A stretch of 64,000 nt of DNA from Lytechinus pictus (taxonomy: Eukaryota): the NCBI RefSeq assembly GCF_037042905.1, contig NC_087251.1, forward strand, positions 38,256,001-38,320,000. The letters are read 5' to 3'. Below the pieces are notes generated by a model. The model was not told the origin of the DNA. It did not search any database and was given only the letters and a program-made list of their open reading frames with translations. Of this stretch, positions 1 to 10,711 are shown in pieces. Numbering within the stretch: position 1 is the stretch's first letter; every line of letters begins with the position of its first letter. The translations under genes were made by a program, and so were the position numbers.

Positions 1-24
1 AAATGCATTTTCTACAGACCAGTA

Positions 25-183
25 GGGGCCCGTTTCATAAAGGACTTGCAACTATTGTAACTTTGCCATAATGGCAACTACTATGGTAACAGGGCTCAGC
101 AGCCAATCATAATCAAAGTTTCCATGGTAGATGCCATAGTGGCAAAGTTGCAACAGTTGCAAGTACTTTGTGAAACGTGCCCC
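25..183. mobile_element. MITE with GGGGCCCGTTTCATAAAG-type TIR (PIF/Harbinger-like)
   Basis: About 45-bp imperfect terminal inverted repeats, internal CCAAT. Confidence 0.75.
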
Positions 184-190
184 AGGTGGG

Positions 191-400
191 GGGGTGTTTC
201 ACAAAGCATTAGGTGTGACTGAGACTCATACTTAAATGCCAACGTGCACGTGTTATTCAATGCGTAGTCTGATTGATGTATACATGGTAGTGCGTGTCTT
301 GAGCACTAGTTTTGACCAATTGGTGAAGGGTAAAATACCGCACACAACTGAAACCTAAGTGTTTACTCTTAGTCATACTTTCAGCTTTGTGAAACACCCC
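191..400. mobile_element. MITE with GGGGTGTTTCACAAAGC TIR
   Basis: Perfect 17-bp TIR GGGGTGTTTCACAAAGC / GCTTTGTGAAACACCCC. Confidence 0.75.
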
Positions 401-1111
401 AAGAGCTTAAATTTCTTCATTTTAGTGGAAGGTGACTTTTCTATCTGGGACACATCATTATAGAATGATACAAGAGTAGAAAATGAAAAAGGGCACAGCA
501 CAACAAATCTCCAAGGCCAACGAAGCCATTGAATCGGCAACCACGGCCATGGCCTTCATGGCCGTGGGTTAATTTAGCCTTGTCAGACTGAACACCCATT
601 CTCCGCCCTCTACCCCCCCCCCCCCGCCTCTCACGCTCTCCCTCTTTCTAATGAATATGTACATGTGTATGGTTGATAATGTTGAACTTTTTCAAACAAT
701 ATTTTGATGTTTATGCAAGACATGAGATTTACATTTGCCGCTCTCCACCCGAGAGTGAAAGGTACTGGCAGGGAGAAATTCTTGAAAGCTGTGAACAGTG
801 AACACTTAAAATAAATACTTCATACCAAGGGCAAGGCCAGGGTTATACATGTAGTGTGCCTTGTTGACTAATGCTTGCACTATAATATCCATTATTGTTA
901 ATGTTGTTTGTTTTATTTTTATCATTGAGTGAACTAATTATCATTTCCTTTTGTGTACCGGTGATGATGATGAGCAGAGTTATTTCTTTCAGGAGCCAGT
1001 GACTGTATCAGGCACCCTGTTGATTTATGAATAAATATTGATGTTGTTCATGTTGTTGTTGGCATTATTTTTGTATCATTAAAATAAATTTTCTTTACTT
1101 ACCTTGTTCAG

Positions 1112-1279
1112 GTGATGATGAGCAGAGTGATTTCTTCCATGAGCCAGGGACTGTGTCAGGTATACCTAGCGTGGTTCCATGGTGGGACAGTAAGACTCTA
1201 GAGGAGTATGAGCAGGATCAAACCTTTAATAGTATTCTCAGCGGTAGCTTTCAACATCTATCAAAGCCTGCACAGAGGT
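1112..1279 (+). CDS. GPATCH2: G-patch domain-containing protein 2, internal exon (first in window; 5' exons lie outside)
   Basis: cag|GT acceptor, T|gtaagt donor. Encodes (G)DDEQSDFFHEPGTVSGIPSVVPWWDSKTLEEYEQDQTFNSILSGSFQHLSKPAQR, matching the recalled GPATCH2/GPATCH2L block GDDEQSDWF...GVVPWWE...FESILTGSF. Confidence 0.9.
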
Positions 1280-1777
1280 GTAAGTGTTGTCTCTCATTCA
1301 CTTCACTTTTTTCTTGTTATATACTAAAATTATCATTTTAGTCCCCCTTTTCTGTAGAATTTTTAGATGACTAAAGACAAGTCCACTAATCAAAAGCATA
1401 ATTTAAATTCATATTTGTTCTGATGTTCTAGTGATTGTTTTTTTCTACTAGTGACATAATATATGTAATGTAGCTGTTTCCGTTTGAGCTTTTTAAAAAT
1501 TTGATGTTGATTGTATTTTTTGTAAATGATTGTAAAGGGTTATGCGATTCGGCCTTTCTGCCGCTATAGATACCCTTGTTGAAATAAACCGTTTTAAATA
1601 AATAAATTAATAAAGAAAAACTTTGTGAAGATCGGTGAATGAATTACAGGTTATGTTCACATTTTCTCCTATTGTTACCTTTATGTCATTTATATGTTCT
1701 AAAGGAAAATATACTGAGGCAAATGAATGCAAAGAAAACAATATTTGGCTTATAATATTGGTTTCTTATTTCCCTAG

Positions 1778-1863
1778 CTTTTCACTCAAAATTACGAGGT
1801 TGTCATGGCTTAGAGGAGCCTTCTTCCATCATGAGAGGATGCAGACAAAGGCTTAAAGCTAAG
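1778..1863 (+). CDS. GPATCH2: GPATCH2 internal exon
   Basis: ccctag|CT acceptor (phase 1 fits), AAG|gtatgt donor. Encodes SFHSKLRGCHGLEEPSSIMRGCRQRLKAK, similar to GPATCH2 GFQARLSRLHG. Confidence 0.85.
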
Positions 1864-2756
1864 GTATGTGGGACTCTTGTACAAATTAAGTTATTTTTTT
1901 CTTTATCAGATATTTATTTCAAAATGTCTTTCAACCATATTTTTATAAAGCAATATAATGTAAAGTACCATAATTATATACATAAATAATGTACAACAAT
2001 GTATGATTTGAATATACAGCATAATCAAAATAATTCATCTACATCAAAATATATATCTCCATCTATTATCAAATGATACAAATTTATTATTTTCAACATA
2101 AATATTGTGTTTAGTGGAATGGTAGTAATTTAACCTAGATTTAAAAGCATTTAATGATAGTGTTTTTTTCTGGATTTGTGTGAAAAGATATGATATTTGG
2201 CATAGAAAATAATGAAATTAGATTGAACGCCTATATTTCCATAAAATCCAAATAAAAAATTATTTTGACTTAAAGTAACCTTATCCTCTAAAATAAAACA
2301 TTAAACATCCATAATAAAATCTTGAGTAATTGGACAATCCCAAAATAAATATTCTGTAATTTCAGCAGAGTTATTGCATAATGAACATGAATCAGACTTA
2401 AAAATATTCAGAAATTTGAGATATTTGTTGACCTCAAGTTTTCGGTGAATTATTTTAACTGATAATATTGAATATTGTGTTGATAGACAAAATTTAATAG
2501 GTACTTTTCCCTATGTAACCAGTATATTACCTGTTGTATCATACAAGCTCAGCTCCTGATGATGGTTTAAAATAAAAGATTGAATATTTGAACTGATATT
2601 ACCAATGTGCACGCTCTTTTATTGAATTTTTATAAAAAAATTTCCCCTGCATCCAGAATGTTGATTTTACTAAGAACTCTCACCCCTGGAACTCCCCACC
2701 CCTTTGTCTTTTTGTTATTTTAACTCTTAATAGCCTGTTATCTAGAGTTATATATA

Positions 2757-3440
2757 CAGTGCGTCCCACAAAAAACGAAACCGAGATTTAGCGATGATTT
2801 ATCATAACTTAATCATATATACAATAGACAAATTACCTACCAATGTAAAGCTTAGAATCTCCTCTCATCTAAAATTACTTTAATTATTCCTCATTCACGC
2901 ATGAGTGAGCAAAAACAATTTGAAGAAAGGATACCAAAAACTCATTTGTATTTCAAAAAGAAAATCACATGCCTAAAAAGTTCAATATCTGCTCTTTTAT
3001 TTGATACCTTAATCACAGAAAATGGTCAAGGAGTAAAAAAGTTCTGTTCCCTCGAAACAATGCTTGTATTTCCATAATTTTATTAAATTTCATGAAATTA
3101 TTGAAATTCAAGCCTTATTTCAAATATCCAGAACTTTGTTATTTCTTGACCATTTTTTGTAATTGAGGTATCAAATTAAAGAGCAGATATTGAACTTTTT
3201 TAAAATGTGGTTTTCTTATAGAAACCCAGATACAGCCTGCCAAGTGACTTTTTGGTAACCCCTCTTCAAATTGTTTTTGCTCACTCATGCGTGAATAAGA
3301 AATATTATGGGTAATTTCAGATGAAAGAGGAGATTCTAACTCTAAGCTTTAAAATGGTAGGTCATTTGTCTATAGTATTTGTAAATAAGTTATAATAAAT
3401 CATCAATAAATCTCGGTTTCGTTTTTTGTGGGACGCACTG
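2757..3440. mobile_element. Tc1/mariner-type foldback non-autonomous element
   Basis: Ends CAGTGCGTCCCACAAAAAACGAAACCGAGATTTA and its exact reverse complement, TA on both flanks; the arms stay complementary almost to the centre. A related solo end lies at about 47870-47904. Confidence 0.9.
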
Positions 3441-3553
3441 TATAGTATATTGTATAGTCTTCATCATTATCTCCTTTGCCATGCTGCATGTAAATACACA
3501 ATATAATTTGACACTAACCTTTCAACATAATTATCTCCTTTGTCATTTTTCAG

Positions 3554-3627
3554 AGGCTAAAGAAATCAAGCTTGGCATCCTTCAATGAGAAAATTGTTCG
3601 CTTTCTTCACAATCCATTTGAACAAGA
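3554..3627 (+). CDS. GPATCH2: GPATCH2 internal exon (start of R3H-like segment)
   Basis: tttttcag|AGG acceptor (phase 0), GA|gtaagt donor. Encodes RLKKSSLASFNEKIVRFLHNPFEQ(E); frame consistent with both neighbours. Confidence 0.8.
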
Positions 3628-3633
3628 GTAAGT

Positions 3634-3917
3634 AATTAATAATAATAATAATATAGGATTTGTATAGCGCACGTGTCCACCTTGCTAGATGCTCAAGGCG
3701 CTCGTATATTACCCCGGCTAAGCTAGTCTTCCGATTCTGGTGTGCACAGCTTTTTGAGGAATTACTCCCTGCTGGTACCCATTTACCTCGCCTGGGTCGA
3801 GTGCAACACAGTGTGGATAAATTTCTTGCTGAAGGAAAACACGCCACGGCTAGGATTTGAACCAACGACCCTCTGTTTGAAAGGCGACAGTCAGAACCAC
3901 TAGACCACGACGCGCCC
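3634..3917 (-). mobile_element. tRNA-derived SINE, full length
   Basis: Minus strand GGGCGCGTCGTGGTCTAGTGG (A box)...GGTTCAAATCC (B box), central GGTAAATGGGTACC segment, (TTA)n tail ending just inside the GPATCH2 donor. A decayed relative lies at about 735-900 (+). Confidence 0.85.
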
Positions 3918-4001
3918 ACAATCTAATTGCCAGTTATGTTTAACGATTTTAAAATCAGTTTCATACAGAATCCAATAAAATGACAAACCAAGTGTCTATA
4001 C

Positions 4002-5030
4002 CAGGGGTTCTCAAACTTTTTCTTTGAAGGGCCAGATGAGACTCCAAGTAAACCTGAAAGGGCCAGGGTGAAGTGGATACTTAGACAAAAATGTGCGCGA
4101 AGCGCAAAGACCCTTGCGGTCGGGGTCCTAGATGCTCTATAATCTGGCCCTTATTTTGGGAGCTTTTATTCCAACAAATTTATAACAGTTTCATACAGAA
4201 CGCAGGCAAAATTAAAAAAGATTTCAAAATACAGCGAGAGTCAATATTAATGATAACAAAATTGCAGCACTTTGTTAGAAGGAATCTAGATTTTACCTAG
4301 TATACATAACTGGTATTGGGGAGACAGATTATGTCTTGAAGTATCAATATTTTTGCAGTCAAAGTATAATGAATAATAGAGTATGTCTGTTGTAGACTCT
4401 AACAAGGATGTCAGTCTTTTGATCACTTTCAATATGGGAAAAGTGACAGTCTGTCAGCAACAAGTTGCTTGAACCTTGGCACAAAAGGTGTAATTACCAG
4501 ACGAAGGCACTGGTGCAAATGTTCACTGGTCAAGCAGGGGCCGCGGAAGCGGGGGGGGGGGGGGGGCTTCAGCCCCCCACTTTTTTCCAAAACCATTTAT
4601 ATAAACGTAAAAATGACCATACGATTGTGATTTTTTGCATGGCCAGCGCCCCCCCCCACTTTGAAAACCGTTCCGCGGCCCCTGTCAAGGTACTTCGGTA
4701 TGAGTTAGTTCTTTAAAATGTTCATTGTGGAAAATGCACTTTCACACCTGTATGTAGATCCAAACATGGTGAGAACAGCGCTGGTCATCTAATAAGTAGA
4801 TCGAACAGACAGAAAAGACTCCACTAAACTTTGTTTAAATGTCAAATTAATTTGACTGCCATTACTTTTATTACGGTTAGGTCTACATGGATACACAATG
4901 TAATCATATTGAGCTTTGTTTCATATTGTGACTTTAGTGATTAAAAAAAACCCCAGCAGAGTCTCGCGGGCCGGATAGAGAAGCTCTGCGGGCCGGATCC
5001 GGCCCGCGGGCCGTAGTTTGAGAACCCCTG
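4002..5030. mobile_element. hAT (Charlie-like) non-autonomous DNA transposon
   Basis: TIR CAGGGGTTCTCAAACT / AGTTTGAGAACCCCTG; perfect 8-bp TSD GTCTATAC (3994-4001, 5031-5038); subterminal GGGCCG motifs; no transposase ORF. Confidence 0.92.
4535..4684. mobile_element. 150-bp MITE nested in the hAT element
   Basis: TIR CAGGGGCCGCGGAA / TTCCGCGGCCCCTG; 5-bp direct repeat TCAAG on both sides; internal G and C runs. Confidence 0.85.
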
Positions 5031-5905
5031 GTCTATACAGTCTATTTGCATGAATGAAAAATATGTATCAAAGAATTGGAGCAAACTGTTGTGTGTTTTT
5101 CCAAGCAGTAATCAAACACTGTCCCACATGTGCTAATCTGTGTTAGCGATATACAGTTTGATCGCTTTCGGCTAAATGGGTTTCATAATTAAACAAAGTT
5201 CAGTTTAGATAACTGTACTAGATCTATGATGATATAGTGACAATCTTGGGGGGTTTTTTCTTGTGAAATTAGTGTTTACTGCAACTTCTTTCATTTATCT
5301 TTGACTTCAGTTCAGAAATTTTAGACCTTCATTCTCATCTAGAGTGAAAAAAGAGGGATAATATCACACTCACCCATTTCATTATTATGAGGATGAAATC
5401 TTTTTTTTCACTCAGAATGAGTATAATGATGTTAGGGAAATATCAATCAAAACATGGGTAAATGGAAAAAAATACTCTAATACATGTATATAAGATGTAT
5501 TCTATTGCTTTTGGCTTTTTGCGCCTCAATCTTTATTCCCATGCTAAGCTTAGCCCCAAACTATCTTTTTGGCGTTTTTGTAGAGAAGCCAAAGCACAAG
5601 AAAACTTAGGCCTGAAAAAGCTTATATATGTTGTTGTTATGGTACATTATATCTACCTGTTCAAATTAGGTAGTTTTTTCAATGGAAAATACAGGGCTGT
5701 GGTGAGTACATACTTGATAGCACTGGCGTTCCAATACATGTGACTACTTGCATAATCTAGTACATCTACTTACCCCCATTTTTTATCCATTTCCTTCTTG
5801 CTACTCACAGCTTTGCATCACCTTCTGTGTTCTAAAATTGAATGTATCTATCAGTGATTGGACTACTTGTATGATTTGATTTTTCTCCCTATTCTTGACA
5901 AACAG

Positions 5906-6031
5906 GCTTAGTCTTCATTCGACAAAATCAAAGGAGAAAAACCAAGTATTCCAGCTGGCTTCCATGTATGCACTGGATGTTAGAACAGAAGGAGGGGGAC
6001 AAAAGAGCAAATCAGTCTTGACCAAGACTAG
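5906..6031 (+). CDS. GPATCH2: GPATCH2 internal exon (R3H-like core)
   Basis: aaacag|G acceptor (phase 2), AG|gtaggt donor. Encodes LSLHSTKSKEKNQVFQLASMYALDVRTEGGGQKSKSVLTKT(R). Confidence 0.8.
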
Positions 6032-6551
6032 GTAGGTTATTGGGTGAAAGATGTGGATCGTTATTCACCGTCAAACAAAGTATGAAAAGGTAGAAATCTG
6101 TATTCGGGGTGGGGGGGTTTAGTCAGACTGTCTGTTGCAAATTTTTCTTTTATAATTGAGTGCTGTCTTTTGCAAGTCTTGCAGATCCAAGTACTTCTTC
6201 AGTTTGTGCCCAGTGTTAATGAGATTGTGAAGACATGCAAGACCCGTATTTTGAACGTGTTGTGTATTGCGTTGATATGATATTGGCTTAATATGGCATT
6301 AAATCAGAAAATCTTGCACAATGAACTTCTTCCTCAGTTTTCGCCCAGTACTCATGAGAGTTGACAGACACCATGTTGCCTTAATACAACATGACAATAA
6401 ATCAGAGGAAAATGCTATGTTCCTCACATGAGGTCGTCTTGATAGGGCCATTCGTTGCCTTTAATGACATTTATCTCTCTAGATCTTCATTTTATGAGAT
6501 AACAGTTTCCAAGGATCTTGTTTCATTTCCTACATAAATATACAAGTTATA

Positions 6552-7367
6552 CACTCTAAAAAATAATAACTCAGTATTGGGTAAAATTTTACCCTTTACC
6601 TACGTAAAAAGGGAACATGTTTATCATTGGAGTAAAACTTTGCTCAGGGCAAGTTGTGTAAAATATTTTTTCCAATAAATGTGCAGTATTTTACTCAACA
6701 AGTGTGAAGAATATTTGACACAATGGGGAATGTAAAATGTTAAATATTAATGTTGGGTAAAAAGGGAACATGTTTGTTGTTGGGTAAAACGTGACACACA
6801 GGTTGTGTAAAATATTTTCACAAACAAGGTGCAAACAAATCAATTATACCATGGATGTTGAGAAAATATACAGACTTTACCCAACAGTAAGTCAAATTTC
6901 ACCAATCATCGTGATGTTTTTTTACTTGAAGTATGGGTGATTCTCTATTTACATTTGACACAATGGTAGTGCATATTTTGCGAAATGTCATGTTTTAATG
7001 CAAAATTGACCAAGAAATTACTCAACTTTTTTTAGGCAGCGACGTTGCTCAGCAAATTTTTATACATAATTCTTAGAGTAAGTGCGCGTGCCGACAGTTT
7101 ACTCAACATTATGAGTAAAACAAGTGCAAAAAATAAATGACAACATGGATGTTGAGAAAAAATACTGACTTTACCCAACAGTAAGTCAAATTTCACCAAT
7201 CATCGTGTTATATTTTACTCGAAGAGTAAGTGATCATTTCACACGATGGGAACTGTAGTGGCTATTTGCGAAATTTCATGTTTTGACGTAACATTGAGCA
7301 AGAAATCACTCAACTTTTTTAAGCAGCGACTTTGTTCAGCAAATTTTTACACCCAGTTCTTAGAGTG
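6552..7367. mobile_element. TA-flanked CACT...AGTG non-autonomous element with an internal tandem duplication
   Basis: ta|CACTCTAA...TTAGAGTG|ta; reiterated TTGGGTAAAA/TTTACCCAA motifs; about 6820-7080 is repeated at about 7115-7367. Confidence 0.7.
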
Positions 7368-7435
7368 TATGGAAATATATTCAAAATCACATTTTATCAT
7401 TTGGTATTTTTCTTTCTTCACCTTCAAACTTACAG

Positions 7436-7563
7436 GCATACAGTACTGAATTATCAGACTGGCAGTATGGAGAATGATGCAGTCGTCAAGTCTCGGCCCT
7501 CGTTCTATCCACAGTTTGCTAAACGAAGACGGAAGTCACCCCCGCCTGGAGTTACTACTACAG
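7436..7563 (+). CDS. GPATCH2: GPATCH2 penultimate coding exon
   Basis: ttacag|G acceptor, G|gtacat donor. Encodes HTVLNYQTGSMENDAVVKSRPSFYPQFAKRRRKSPPPGVTTT; KRRRK..P.PG..T matches the basic NLS-like motif before the GPATCH2 G-patch. Confidence 0.85.
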
Positions 7564-8067
7564 GTACATTGCATGAGGGAGATGAAAGCTTATGGCTTTC
7601 TTTTTTACCGGTAGACGTATTTGTACAATTTCTTTTTAAATATAATGATTTATAATTATTTGTATGCAATTCAGATATAGCTATCATATTTTCATGACGG
7701 GATTTATTGTATCTGTATGCAACTAATGGTTTGGCATGTTTTTAGTTAGTTTTCTATTTTTTCCCCCTCTATTTTTGTTGTCCTTAAAAACGGTTTTGTA
7801 AAGAGCATTATTAGTAGAAGTTATTTTTTTTAGCATGTTTATTGAAACCATTGTTTTGGCCTTTTTTTTTCATGTGTTATCTTTATGTCTTGTTTATCAA
7901 TTTGAATGATTAGTTACAAGATGTTTGGCAGGGATGTAGTCAAGGCCGGCCTCAAAGCCACATTTTGCAGGCCTTATCCTTGGCGTCGGCCAGAGTCAGG
8001 TGTATTGATTCAATGAGAGGTTTTCTTCAGCGGCCTTGTGACTTGACTTGCTTCGACTACATCCATG

Positions 8068-8332
8068 ATTGTGAACAAATTTTCGGCATTACTCCTATGT
8101 GTTTAAGATCGCATGCTCCATCTGTAATGAAAATCATAAGTCAGAAAAAATTGGAACCAGTGGGATTCGAACCTGTCATCTACTGCTTGCCGGGCAGCGA
8201 CTCAACCACCAGGCTATTCTGGTTCACGGCTAAGTTTCATTACAGATCGAGCATGCGATCTTAAACACATAGGAGTAATGCCGAAAATTTGCTCACAATT
8301 TATTATTACCTCCTATTAAAGCCTCTTTATTT
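8068..8332 (-). mobile_element. tRNA-like cassette flanked by 65-bp inverted repeats
   Basis: IRs 8068-8132 and 8235-8299 (63/65 match). Inside, A box TAGCCTGGTGG, B box GGTTCGAATCC and a T6 run on the minus strand. 14-bp flanking direct repeat ACTACATCCRTGAT at 8056-8069 and 8333-8346. Confidence 0.75.
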
Positions 8333-8378
8333 ACTACATCCGTGATGTTTGCATCTCCTATTGCATCACGTAAACTAA

Positions 8379-8600
<222 letters not shown>

Positions 8601-10516
8601 AACTCTGTTCTTATTGGTTCTCCGAAAGCTAGATGAATTCTCAGTGCTACATTATAACCATTTTCAGTGGAAGGTTGATTGAAACCGTAAGTTGGTAACT
8701 GTTTATTCAGTGAGGAAGATTTCTATTGATCATAAAATGAATTATCAGGGTACTGAGGCAGTTCCATGGTCTATTATAGTCCTAACCAATCCAGAAGACA
8801 TCGAGAGCCTTTTTGTCCTCAAAAATGCACCTGCAGGAAATGAGCTGTCATACAAATGTGTGGATAGAGTGAGATTAACGTAACAGAGACCCATATAGAG
8901 GGCCAGGATCTGGCAACTCTACTGTTGTAAGATGGATCTAGGGCTAAGCAGTAGGAATCTGGTCCAGAATAGAGTCTGTTATTGGGATAGGTTGAACGTA
9001 CATTGATCAAAATCACAATTCAAACATTTCCAAGGTCAAGTCCATCCAACAATAACTTGATGTGACTCAATTGAGAAAAATAAACGAGCTTAAACTAACA
9101 ATGTTATCAAATTTGGATGTAAAGTAAGAATGTTATGACATTTGTAAGTGTTTGTGTATAGATGGGCAGTATACATGACAAAACCGATGACATCACACAC
9201 TATTATGTATTTGATTGTGTGAAATATGAAGTACATTATTTTCCTCCATTAATTTAAAACTTGGTAAGATTCCTTCTAGTTAAATCATCATCATGATTTA
9301 CTGTGATGCGGTGAAGATTCTCTTCACTGCATAATAAAATATAAAAAAGGATCAATTTTTATACATGGAAGTATTCATATGTTAAACTTATAATTTCATA
9401 ACTTTCCTATATTACATCTGACTTTGATGAAATTTCCAGTGTTATGCTTGGCTGATTTCTTTCTATTGGTTCATATTTTTCTTCCCTTTTAACTTCTCTC
9501 TTTATTGGGATTTGCATTTAGGCAGCAGTGCTCTTTATAAGAGCTTTGATAGCAAAATAAATGTACCTGTATGTTTCTAATGGTCCTTTAGTTTGCCATT
9601 ACAGTGTGTTCAAGTAATATCAAGTGGATTATTACGTCACCTATGGTTGAAGTCATGCTTATATGATGTTTAAATGGTGGATTTTTACGTCACCTATGGT
9701 TGTCATGCTAATATGAGGTTAAATGGTAAAATATTAGATGTGGATGTGGATTTTTAAATTCCCACATCATTTGTCACTGGATACTATCATTTTTAGAGGG
9801 CCGGATGAGCTTATGCCGTGGCGTCCGTCGTCTGTCGTCCATCCACAATTTCAAAATGCTTCTTTTTCACCATTTCAAGTCCGATTTCAATTCTGTTTGC
9901 TTTATATGATAGCACTAGGTGGGGGATTCAAAACTTCTACACAGAATTTTGAAACTCATTAAATATGCTAATTTATGCGCATTTTTCAAAATTCACCAAA
10001 AATGCTTCTTCTTTATTTATTGACCGATTTTGAATTTTTTGCTTCCATCTGGTAGAGCTTTATGAGGTTCTCCAAATTTCTACACAGAATTTTGACATTT
10101 TGACCAGAACAATGTTTATGCTAATTTATGCGAAATTAATTTATGCATATTTGTAAAAATTCAAATAAAATGCTTCTTCTTCTTTATTTTTTGACCGATT
10201 TTGATTTTTTTTCTTCCATCTTGTAGAGATTCATGAGGTTCACCGAACTTCTACACAGAATTTTTAAATTTGGAGTAGAAAATTAGTTATGCTAATTTAT
10301 GCAAAATTCATAAATCACAGAAAATGCCTCTTCTTTATTTGTTGACTGAATTTCAAAATGCTTCTTCTTCATCATTTCAAGTCTGATTTCAATTCTGTTT
10401 GCTTTATATGATAGCATTAGGTGGGGGATTCAAAACTTCTACACAGAATTTTGAAACTCATAAAATATGCTAATTTATGCGTATTTTTAAAATTCAGATA
10501 AAATGCTTATAAATAA

Positions 10517-10711
10517 TTTATTGGTTGGATTGCTTAACTAAGCTAGTCGTACAGACTGTTTCACCCTAAGGTTCATCAGCGACTGATTAGTATGAAGAAC
10601 ACAATTTTGGGACAGAATAAAGTATACAGAGCATGTGCATTAGGGTATAACATTGGGTTGACAGAGATGAAAGGGGTTACTGAAGGGGTACATGTGTATT
10701 GTTTATAATAT
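10517..10711 (-). mobile_element. Probable Penelope-like element pLTR fragment inserted in a tandem-repeat element
   Basis: About 190 bp of unrelated sequence interrupts the repeat array. It carries the hammerhead followed by AATAAA (10522-10517), and host sequence ending ATTTATTG is duplicated on both sides (10516-10523, 10725-10732). Confidence 0.55.
10545..10584 (-). ncRNA. Minimal type I hammerhead ribozyme
   Basis: Minus strand reads AGTCG CTGATGA ACC-TTAG-GGT GAAA CAG-T-CTG TA CGACT: stem I AGTCG/CGACT, core CUGAUGA, stem II ACC/GGT, GAAA, very short stem III, GUA cleavage triplet. Confidence 0.8.

Noticed and set aside
8152..8225. Possible tRNA-Ala(GGC) gene
   Set aside because: The T stem pairs at only 2 of 5 positions, there are two extra nucleotides before the D arm, position 33 is C rather than U, and it lies inside an IR element.
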